Assembly (NCBI GenBank): GCA_032718475.1
Contig: JAUCBJ010004978.1
Location: forward strand, 1-43,007
Reading direction: 5' to 3'
Length of the DNA stretch: 43,007 bases
Origin: Nemertoderma westbladi
Lineage: Eukaryota > Animalia > Xenacoelomorpha
Shown here: positions 13,101 to 22,524 of the stretch, one piece after another
How the letters are laid out: each line of letters begins with the position of its first letter
Position numbering within the stretch: position 1 is the stretch's first letter
Position numbers and translations under genes: made by a program
The notes under the pieces: generated by a model
Databases searched by the model: none
What the model saw: only the letters and a program-made list of their open reading frames with translations
What the model was told of the DNA's origin: nothing

Positions 13101-13932
13101 CATCAACGCTCTGCGTCGGTTCGTGGCGAACAACGGGACATGCCGCCACATGTATTCCGATAATGGTACAAACTTTGTGGGAGGAGAAAGAGAACTTAGA
13201 GAGGCGATCGAGGGATGGTTTACCGATAACACCGCATCCCAAGTCTGGAAGGAACACCAGATACAGTGGCACTTCCAGACCCCCTTAGCACCCCATACGA
13301 GCGGGGTATGGGAGAAACTGATCGACCTAGTGAAACGATCCATGCGCGTCGCTCTAGGCGATACCCGGGTAACCCATGACACCCTCCGCACAACATTCTG
13401 CGAGATCACGGCTACCCTGAACAACCGACCCATTGTCCCTATCCGCGACGACCCCACAGACCTGGAGCCCCTCACTCCTAACCACATACTGGGGAGACCC
13501 AAAACCCACGTTCTCCCGGAAACCATGTTCCCGGATCCCAACGAGATCGCGAAACATACAAACTGGAAAAAGGCCCAAGCGTTGGCAGCGCATTGGTGGA
13601 GAATTTGGGCCCAGGAGTACCTCATAACCCTCCGGACCAGGAGGAAATGGAACAACACCTACCGGAACGTCGCAGTTGGCGACATGGTACTAGTTAAAGA
13701 AGATCTCAAAGACCGCGTTCACTGGCCTGTGGCGCGGGTCGTGACCATACACCCAAGCAAAGACGGACTTGCGAGGACTGTGACGATACGAACGGCATCG
13801 GGCCACTACCAACGCCCTATCCAGAAGCTGTGCCTTCTTGAAGGCAATGACAGTGGTGATTCTACGAGAGGTGATAAGTTCCCTACTCAAGATCCTGCTG
13901 CGGACATTGGTGACAATTACAAACCCGTGTAA
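7168..13932 (+). CDS. gag-pol: BEL/Pao Gag-Pol polyprotein with one in-frame TAG at 8020-8022
   Basis: ORFs 7168-8022 and 8104-13932 share a frame. Motifs: gag FEGDPVDYLRF (about 8680); three Cys/His knuckles (9430-9630); protease AFLDNGSD (about 9880); RT DIKAMFHQV and FYVDD (about 11225); RNase H LHTFSDAS, TIPRLEL, FWVDS; integrase HHCC, GVDCFGP, SDNGTNF, GVWEKLI; C-terminal GDMVLV...WPVARV...RPIQKLCLL. Confidence 0.95.
7810..8075 (+). repeat. Coding tandem repeat in gag (21/33-bp units, EAERQAEQRKQ coiled coil)
   Basis: Repeated gaggccgaacaacgcaaacag / gccgaacggcag units. Confidence 0.9.
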
Positions 13933-14210
13933 CCCTTCTCATCATGTTGACAAACTCTTTTTAACTGTGATGTATCGACAACAAATTATGGACCCCCCTT
14001 AAACCAACTGTAACCACGCAATGGTATTTGTGTTTCCTCGTGTGTTATGTGGAGTCCAGCGTCACCCTGCAGATGTTTCGACTGACGCAGGGTCGTTTAT
14101 GCATTGTTTACCCTGATTTTGGTCATCGGGACCAACGATATTGGATTATTGGAAATGGTAAAGATTTGAAGTGGAATTCATTGTATTCATTGCAGTATGT
14201 TATGTTGTCC

Positions 14211-14621
14211 GTTGCGTGCGCAGTTCGGGGCGTAGGCGGTGTAACGAGTCCAGCTGTAGATCCCGGATTGCCGCGCAACACCCCCTCTATCCCGTTATTC
14301 TGGTGGGTCCATGGTGCATCCACATGACTTCGACGATAGAGGGTTTTATGTTTCTCAGTCGCGTTATTCTGGTGGGACCGTTGCGTGGATTTTGGGGCGT
14401 AGGCGGTGTAACGAGTCCAGCTGTAGATCCCAGAATGTTGCGTAATCCCATCCCACATGACTTCGTCGACTGAGCTTTATGTTGTTGGGAGTGTTATTCT
14501 GGTGGGTCCCTGGTGCATCCACGTGACTTCACTCCCAGCGTCGTCATTGTCCGTTACGTGCGCAGTTTGGGGCGTAGGCGGTGTAACGAGTCCAGCTGTA
14601 GATCCCAGATTGCCGCGTAAC
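14211..14621 (+). ncRNA. Triplicated covarying stem-loop downstream of pol
   Basis: Three copies (14211-14279, 14380-14446, 14553-14621) with an invariant 38-nt core and compensatory changes in the enclosing stem. Confidence 0.65.
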
Positions 14622-15176
14622 ACCCCTTCCACGACAAAGATTAACCAAAGAAAATGATTGAATATAGTTGGAAATGATGAAAAGGATCAGACAACTCTAC
14701 TATAAACCTGAATGATGACGCGTATGCTGATGAAAATGTAATGATGCGCACCCTGGTGCTGCGCTTATAACCAATGATGATAGCCGGGGGGCTATAAACC
14801 CAATGATGATGTGGAAATAAATAAATGTGAAATAAATGGTGGAAATAAATGTGTTGAAATATATGTGGAAATAAATGAAATGAGATGGAATAATAATGAA
14901 ATGAAAAAAGACAAAAAAAAGGTATAAAAAAGTCTAAAGAAAAGAATTGAAAAAAAGAAAGGACAAAAAAGTCATAACACTGGTTGGATATTAATGTATA
15001 GTTATAGTAACTGTAAATGCTGAATGTATTAGCAATAAGATGATAGATGCCTATATAGCAATGTTATTAATAAACTGAATTAAATAAAAAACTGAATTAT
15101 TCTGCTATCGCTATAGTTTCAGACTTTCTGGACTTATAATTAACTGATCTAATTTGTAACGGATATAATCGTAAAT

Positions 15177-17750
15177 ATGGACCCAAATCGCCAAATTATC
15201 GGCGAATTACGTAACACGATAGATCTACTGGAATATTCGCAACCTGGATCCCCTGACTTTGATACAAATTGGAGCACCCTGCTAAATGAGAACGTGCGAG
15301 TCGTTAAATTCACCGGGCGAGAGGGACCGGATTCCAAGAATCTACGAGCCCTCCGGTTAGCCGATGCTAGTACGAGACTGAAAAGAACTCGGAACGCAAA
15401 GGCAACCGGAGGGGACGATTCGTCGTTTTGGGAAACGTTCCGGCAGAGCGTTTACAGATCCCAATGTTTGATCTACGACAACGAGGGAAACGCGACGCCC
15501 ACCTCGAAAGCGATTACGTTGGCGAGATGTCAAAGTTTCGTCGACGACAAGAGTACGTACCTCGCCCACTGGGGAAACCTGTCGGAGTGTACGGCGACGC
15601 TTCGAGAGGAACGCATATCGATTATCCAAAACCGCGACGACTACCAGGAAAAGTACGGGGCGAAAGAATACGGTCGATCCTTAGTCGTCGTCCTCGGAAC
15701 CCTGGACGGTTTGGTACTGGTGTGCCGAATATTCCCGACACCCAGACAGGAAGTGCAGGCAGCCGGAGCGATCTGGTTGCTACCTCCGGAAATCCAAAAG
15801 ATCCTCTTCGACTTCGACGTCATTAAAATCGGGTCGGATATCAAGGCGGACGTCCGGAACGACTACGCGAACGCTCCTGCAGGAAGAAACCGACGAGACG
15901 ACCTCAACGCCCTTAGCCATTGCATCGACACTCAAACGCTACTAGCCTGATTACGATTCGCCGAGTTCATGCGAGGATTCCAAGAGGTGAGACCGACGAA
16001 ATCCGGGATCGGCTACCTCGCTGTGCTAAACGGCGGCATCAACTTCAAACCCCAGAAATTCCGGGACTATAATAAAATATATGGTGGATACCCGGGATTA
16101 GAAATAAAGAGCGAGCGAGAGGGTCGATGGAAGGACGTTGATCGGAAGTGGACGATACACCAAAGGTGGGAGAATCCCGATCGACGGAACTACGTTTACG
16201 TCGTTATGGAATGCTACACCGTCGCTAAGTTTATCTGTAAAACTCTCGATAACCTTATTACGGCGGTCCCCCTTTCCTTCGTCGACTACGACTGGAACGA
16301 GGTCATACACCACGCGTTCAAAGCGGTCGAGAACATTGCACCGGGAGAGACTAAACGCTCGCCGTTATCGATTCCTGGGACGAGAGCGGACCTTACGACA
16401 TCCCTACGATTACCGAACTTCTCGGTGCAGAGGAGCCTCTGATCTCTTCGGAAGGGGAAGAGATATGGCTAAACGAGGGTGTTCTACTCTCCACCCCGAA
16501 GCGACAACTCGAGCCGGTGGCCGCTTACCAACCGGCCGCAAACGGGTTGCCCCCACCGTACCAACTACGGAAGCAGGCGTTTCCTCACCACTCGGCTTCG
16601 GTAGCCCTGCGAGGGAGTTGGTTACTACCTTCGCGTTAAACGACTTCGGCGTTACGTGCCAAAGGTTATCCCCGTATCCTTTCCCGGGTGGCGAAGACTG
16701 GTCGTCGGAGATTCCGAGTACCAGCAATCAACAGACCCGCTCAGCGATATTGGTCGAGAAGGGCCCCAGCGCTGCGCCGACTCCCGACGATCTCCTCGGA
16801 ATCCCTCCGTCGAAAACCCCGGCACCTCTTTGCCGACAAGCGGTGGCTACTACACCCTCCGTTCCTCAGGATCCCATGCGACTAACCCGTTGGTACGCCG
16901 AGCAAACTGAATGGATCCACCGCCAGAGACGGTCGTCCGAGTTGAGACCAGCGGGACACAAAGAAGGAAAAGCCTAGCATTCCGCGGGCTACCGACCACC
17001 GCGAATATTCCGAAGAGTGACCGACGACTCGAATATTACGTCGGCCTCCCGATTCCGATATTCCCCGGTCGAGAGATGCAATTGGAGGTTTGCGGCAACT
17101 GCGGTTCGGAACAGTGCCCACGCGGTAGAAGGAATCGGGTTACCGATTCGTGCCTCCAGCTCATCGGGATACTCTATTGCCCATACTGCGCGACATCGGG
17201 CCACGACGTTTCCGTCTGCCCGATCCTATATAACCTCTGTACCACATGCAGTTTCCGTGGACATTCCTCTAGCCCCCGCTGCTATATCAAATGTCCAACC
17301 AAAGACGTTACCGCTATGGGAAATATGGTCATGTTTGAAACATACGCAAACAGCCACTTAAAGACCAAGGTTCGGAGAAACGCTCGGAATATCGCGCAGG
17401 AGATGGCGTGCGGGTATTTCTCCTTCCCGGAACGCCTCCACACGTCGGCCATGCTACCTTTCCATTACGTGGATCTGCTACTGAGCGCCGGATTATTCGG
17501 TCCATTTGAAGTCATTAGACGATTATACTCGTATAAAGAGGAGTTCGGTGACGGAGATTGGTTCCTAGAGGCACGCAAATCTGAGTTGGAAAGACGAACC
17601 GACATGATCCCTATGCCATCGAAAGGAAGAGCCGCCAGGAGACAAGCCGAAGCGTTACTCACGATGGATGTGGACGCTCCTCTACCAGCCATAGCGATCG
17701 ATGAGAGTCGACGGGCGAAGAGACGAAAGGTGTATCAGAAAAAGAAATAG
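15177..17750 (+). pseudogene. Extra ORF of element A: DnaQ/WRN-like 3'-5' exonuclease-like domain, linker, Cys/His zinc cluster, basic tail (about 860 aa if repaired)
   Basis: LPPEIQKILFDFDVIKIGSDIKADV, CIDTQTL, SGIGYLA and W...YVYVVMECY follow the WRN/RNase D exonuclease motif order; CGNCGSEQC, CPYCATSGHDVSVC and CTTCSFRGH...C; ends RRAKRRKVYQKKK. One TGA (15948) and about 3 inferred frameshifts. Confidence 0.7.
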
Positions 17751-17903
17751 TGGATCGGGATATTCCAGGAACATTTATCGAACATTTATTTATACAAACT
17801 CTAGGCCAAATTAATTAAAACTATGCAATATTAAATTTGGGTTTTTTATATTGGGAATGACCTACGCAAACTCAATCGACCGACAGACTTCACGAAGGTC
17901 ATT

Positions 17904-17911
17904 GGGGGGGA
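17904..17911 (+). promoter_or_regulatory. Polypurine tract (plus-strand primer) of element A
   Basis: ggggggga ending 1 nt before the TG of the 3' LTR. Confidence 0.8.
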
Positions 17912-17912
17912 C

Positions 17913-19493
17913 TGTTCGCGGTATTTCAACTTTCCATAACGCGAGTTGAATATTTTTGTATTTTATTAAAATTGATTATTCCGATATTACTACTGGGTAC
18001 GGGACCATGGGTTTTGGGCACATTCTATAAACTGGGGGCGATTTATGGGCGAACTTTGGGGCAACTTACAGGGTACGGGAATAATTTCATAGTTATAAGG
18101 GCCAGGGGGGGATGGAAAATTCAAGCAGTATTCAGGTTAGCCTGAGTACTATTAGGCCCTGGCCAACCTCCTGCTGCCTGTAGGGGTGGATTTGGTAATG
18201 CGCCAGGCCTAAAGGACAAGGACTGCCCTTAGCAGTCCCTGGCCAACAGCAGTTATTACGAGACTGAAAAGAACTCGGAACGCTGACTGCTTGTGTCAGG
18301 GATTTGCGACGGGAAACGACAGCCCCTTAGTAGCCAAGCCGTTCTGGTTCTCGATGATCGAACCCTTCGAGGTTCGTGAGGGGTGGAACGGACACGCGAA
18401 CGGGCGGCCGACTAACGACTGCCCCCTGAGCTAAGCCGTACTGGTTCTCGATGACCGATCCCTTCGGGGTTCGCGAGGGGTGGGACGGACATGCGAAAGG
18501 GCTGGCCACAGGACGGGTTTGACGAGGACTGCCCTTAGCGGTCTCTGGTCAACGGCAGCTATTACGAGACTGAAAAGAACTCGGAACGCTGACTGCTTGT
18601 ACCGGGGATCTGCGACGGGAATCGACGACAGACCCCTTAGCCAAGCCGTACTGGTTCTCGATGATCGTTCCCTTCGGGGTTCGTGAGAGGTGGGACGGAC
18701 ACGCGACGGGGTCGAAAGACAAAGGACTAGACCCTACTGGCCTACCGACTGTTCGGAGCAGTTTCTCGGCTGCCGAAGCGACTACGAGCCTGAAAGGGAC
18801 TCGGAAAGCCTAGGTGGGTGGGTTTCTGCGATGAACCGACGGACCCCTAGCCAAGCCGTTCTGGTTCTCGATGATCGAACCCTTCGGGTTCGTGAGGGGT
18901 GGAACGGACACGCGAACGGGTCCACCGACACGACAGACTCCTAGCCAAGCCATACTGGTTCTCGATGACCGATCCCTTCGGGGTTCGAGAGGGGCGGTAC
19001 GGATACGCGACAGAGTCCACCGACTGGACCGACCCTTAGCTAAGCCGTGCTGGTTCTCGATGATCGTTCCCTTCGGGGTTCGTGAGGGGTGGAATGGACA
19101 CGCGACAGGGTCGACCGACACCGACACTACAGCACTAAGACCAGGACCAAGGGAAAAATCTGGGGAACATTAGGTAGGCTAAAATCTGAGCGAACAGTGG
19201 GTAATTAAATAATATACCGTAGGGATTTATATTATCGTGTATAATTATTGTGAATATTTGGTGTATATTGATTTGGGGAAGCCCAAAATTATTCTTAATC
19301 AGGTTCAACAGAGTTCAGTTACATTAGAGAGTATATCCAACTAATGCAGCTTTTTCTCAACCGCAACCCTGCATCTCAGAAATCATTCCTTCTCCAAAAT
19401 CAATATCCGGTGACTGGCCGGGGCTCAGTGGTCTGTAAAGTCACGTCTCCAGCATCGGCGTTTTTCCCCCCTGGTGTTGGGATAACGGCAACA
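17913..19493 (+). repeat. 3' LTR of element A
   Basis: Direct repeat of 5191-6771, same length, directly after the PPT. Confidence 0.97.
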
Positions 19494-19689
19494 CTGATCT
19501 TACATGCAAAAATTTAGGGTCCAATACAAAAGTATAAAAATTTTATAGGCTATTCTTTAACCTATCTTATTTTTCGTTATTTTTGATTTAATCACAATTA
19601 AAAAAATATAATTTATCCAGCGTTTAGTCATCAGCTTTACAGCCATGTTTTCCCTTTGCAGCACGGGGAGCTCCTCAACAGTGGCAAAG

Positions 19690-19718
19690 GATGTTGGCCC
19701 TTAAAAGGGCCGTTTTGG
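19690..19718 (-). promoter_or_regulatory. Histone mRNA-type 3' stem-loop
   Basis: Minus strand CCAAAAC-GGCCCU-UUUA-AGGGCC-AACA fits GGYYYU-UYUN-ARRRCC with an A-rich 5' flank; no histone CDS is adjacent. Confidence 0.65.
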
Positions 19719-20225
19719 TTTGAGTTCAGTTTCATTATGCCACAGAATCACGATCCTCTCTAAAAGTAACATATCTGATTCTGTCAACCATACCGTTTTC
19801 TTCACAGTCATCGAAGATTGCACTGGAACTTGTCATTTTAATTACATCTGTTAGGCCTAATTCAGTAAAATTACCAAAGAAACGCTAATACCGGTAACTG
19901 AATACTGTAATATATTGCAATACAGCAAAAGTCAGGCAGTTATAACTGTTTAAACAGGGTTGCAAATCTGATGACAAACGCTGGATAAATTATATTTTTT
20001 TTAAATTGTCATTAAATCACAAATATTGAAAAGTAAGATGATAGGTTTAAAGAATTGCCTATAAAATTTTTATACTTTCGTATTGGACCCTAAACTTTTG
20101 CATGCAAGCTCATAATTCAATTATCTTTCGAATATTACACTAATTATATTACTATAATTAATTAATTACAATAATTAATTATATACACTATTATATTACA
20201 CTAAAGTACATGTCTGGCAGTTTTG

Positions 20226-21106
20226 TACGGTGGCTGAAAGCGGCCAAACAATATTAATTAAGCGTTTTTTTTTTTAATTTCAACCCGGGTTGAAAATAAT
20301 ATCAACCCGGGTTGAAAATAATATCAACCCGGGTTGAAAATAATATCAACCCGGGTTGAAAATAATATCAACCCGGGTTGAAAATAATATCAACCCGGGT
20401 TGAAAATAATATCAACCCGGGTTGAAAATAATATCAACCCGGGTTGAAAATAATATCAACCCGGGTTGAAAATAATATCAACCCGGGTTGAAAATAATAT
20501 CAACCCGGGTTGAAAATAATATCAACCCGGGTTGAAAATAATATCAACCCGGGTTGAAAATAATATCAACCCGGGTTGAAAATAATATCAACCCGGGTTG
20601 AAAATAATATCAACCCGGGTTGAAAATAATATCAACCCGGGTTGAAAATAATATCAACCCGGGTTGAAAATAATATCAACCCGGGTTGAAAATACTTGCA
20701 TGTGACCAATGACAATTCGTTCTATGAACTCTTTTGTTGATGAGGTGTGGCGGGAAATATAAATATAATATATATATGTAGGTATCACTCAGCCAATGCA
20801 GCAATGCAATGTCCGACTGTAGGCCTACTGCAAACAACTGGAGTAAACAGAAGTATAGCGATACATATATATTTACATTTATATTTCCCGCCACACCTCA
20901 TCAACAAAGAGTTCATAGAACGAATTGTCATTGGTCATATGCAAGTATTTTCAACCCGGGTTGATATTATTTTCAACCCGGGTTGATATTATTTTCAACC
21001 CGGGTTGATATTATTTTCAACCCGGGTTGATATTATTTTCAACCCGGGTTGAAATTAAAAAAAAAAACGCTTAATTAATATTGTTTGGCCGCTTTCAGCC
21101 ACCGTA
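20226..21106. mobile_element. Non-autonomous foldback DNA transposon, IS3EU-like
   Basis: TACGG...CCGTA termini; long near-perfect TIRs; 6-bp TSD gttttg (20220-20225, 21107-21112), which is single in the uninterrupted opposite arm of the host MITE. TAY..RTA ends with a 6-bp TSD match IS3EU. Confidence 0.75.
20280..20692. repeat. 22-bp tandem array (19 copies) with the 14-bp palindrome TCAACCCGGGTTGA; 5 inverted copies at 20951-21052
   Basis: Identical caacccgggttgaaaataatat units, counted directly. Confidence 0.95.
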
Positions 21107-21999
21107 GTTTTGGTTGGCCATGGGGGGGCAATCATTATGGAACACCCGGTATTGACTACCGTGTTTTGTTTAGTTAGAATAACGTGCCACTATAAACTGC
21201 TCTTTTCCCTTCATTTAAATATTTAACATTGAGTGAGATATTATTTCATGGACTAACTTACTTCCGAGAATGAGGCCGTGAGGATCTACCAGAAAGAATT
21301 TAACTCTAAACTTTGTTGGTTACAGTGGTACGTCATTCTAACCAAAACAATAAACTTAAGTCAATATAATATTTTTATTTTTGAGAATAATCAGCTGCCA
21401 TTTGCGTCAAATTTTCGTCGAACTTCCAGTGTGTAAAAAGTTGTAGGACATTAATTTAATCAGAAATGAATATTCTAGAAACGTTACAGAGGATTTTATC
21501 TTCCATCCCCTTTGCTTCAGTTACATAAATATGTAACTACAATATTGTAACATGTCATCAGTCATTATTATGAATTCCGATATCATCGTAATACAACTAA
21601 GCCAATACATTAATGTGCCTACATGATAAAATTGTGATGACTGTATTTGCCATTCATATCTTCAGTTTCCACGTGGAACAGCCAGTTCAGAAACACGACC
21701 ATCACCATCACTAAGCAACAAGGTTAATTTTTATTTTCTGTTACATGGAAGGCTGAGATAGCACCACATTAACTCTCAAGGTTGAACACTCAATAATTAT
21801 GCAATCCGTTTCTTTAATCCCCCAAGCAGAAGCTTCTCATATCGCTCGGCCCGGGATCAAACCGGGGACTTCCAGCTAGATGCAAAGTTTCCACTGTACC
21901 ATATAGCTATTACAATGCAAACATACAAGATGATTCATAAAATAAAAGGAATCATACATAATTAGTACAATTATTATGTTATTTACAATATAAACTAAC

Positions 22000-22524
22000 C
22001 TGATTAGGTTCCCTCAAAAATAACTCCACATCATGTAGGTTTACAATGAGATCACAGCTCCTGAAGTCATACTTCAAGTGGTAATGAAGTTTCCCAACTG
22101 TTTCCTCGCCAATGGCCACCGAACCCCGATGGCGAAGTATCGGGGAGTGTTTGTTGTAGAGATCGATGTTGAGGCCGCTGGAGCTGGCGCTGGGAGACAG
22201 CAGAGTGGGATCTTCGGAGGTGGGTGTGGGAGAGGCCGCAAGGGGTTGCAGCAGTGTTGGAGTCACCGATGATGTCTCCAACGAGAACGATGAACCCGAA
22301 CCTCTGTGTGTTGGTTGGATGGATTGAAGTATGCTTGGCTGTGTGGGTGACTGGGTATCTGAGCCTTCAGCAGGTGGGCTTACACGTATACCCCCTGCAG
22401 GGATCTCTTTGTATTTGCTGTTTATTTTGCGCACCGAGCTGATCTTGAAGGCAAGGACAATGGAAAGGGCGATTATGAACGTTCCAAACAGGACACTGAT
22501 ACTCAGAGCCAATTGGCTGATCAT
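22000..22524 (-). CDS. First coding exon of a synaptotagmin-like gene (N-terminal TM, Ser/Pro linker, start of C2A)
   Basis: Hydrophobic N-terminus followed by basic residues; GKLHYHLKYDFRSCDLIVNL resembles C2 beta1-beta2; acceptor ttttaatag ending at 22573; donor CAG|gttagt at 22000/21999. Confidence 0.75.

Larger units (their letters stand above)
5191..19493 (+). mobile_element. BEL/Pao LTR retrotransposon (element A), near full length, with extra 3' ORF
   Basis: Two 1581-bp direct repeats with TGT...ACA ends; flanks ctgag (5186-5190) and ctgat (19494-19498) form a 5-bp TSD with one mismatch; G-rich PPT before the 3' LTR; single gag-PR-RT-RH-IN frame with BEL-type motifs. Confidence 0.97.
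5093..21149. mobile_element. Non-autonomous Tc1/mariner-type element with long TIRs; host of element A and of the IS3EU-like element
   Basis: TA|CCGGGTGTTCC...GGAACACCCGG|TA; left arm 5093-5190 plus 19494-19632 is the reverse complement of the right arm 19970-20225 plus 21107-21149. Confidence 0.85.
4779..21337 (-). pseudogene. Candidate downstream exons of the synaptotagmin-like gene with in-frame stops: 21337-21262; 21208-21150 joined to 5090-about 4949; 4852-4779
   Basis: Phase-compatible splice sites give NDVPL*PTKFRVKFFLVDP..., RKRAVYSGTLF*LNKTR*SIEQVQDLHLEVISCYYSRF...VEIP and MHSALILTFIS*PSESEVRSKLME, in the strand order of C2A then C2B. Confidence 0.5.

Noticed and set aside
7736-13890. 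Antisense ORFs over gag-pol (for example 11226-11960, 13062-13658)
   Set aside because: Shadow frames of a long coding region with no recognisable motifs.
16908-16910. Second in-frame UGA before ORF 16911-17750 as a recoding site
   Set aside because: The more protein-like path runs in the 16138-16977 frame here, so this UGA is probably out of frame.
20280-21052. CRISPR-like palindromic repeat array
   Set aside because: Units are head-to-tail identical with no variable spacers and lie inside transposon TIRs.
21666-21722. Plus-strand exon candidates (also a 14-nt microexon at 4880-4893)
   Set aside because: Only splice-like dinucleotides and short open frames; no homology or connected gene model.
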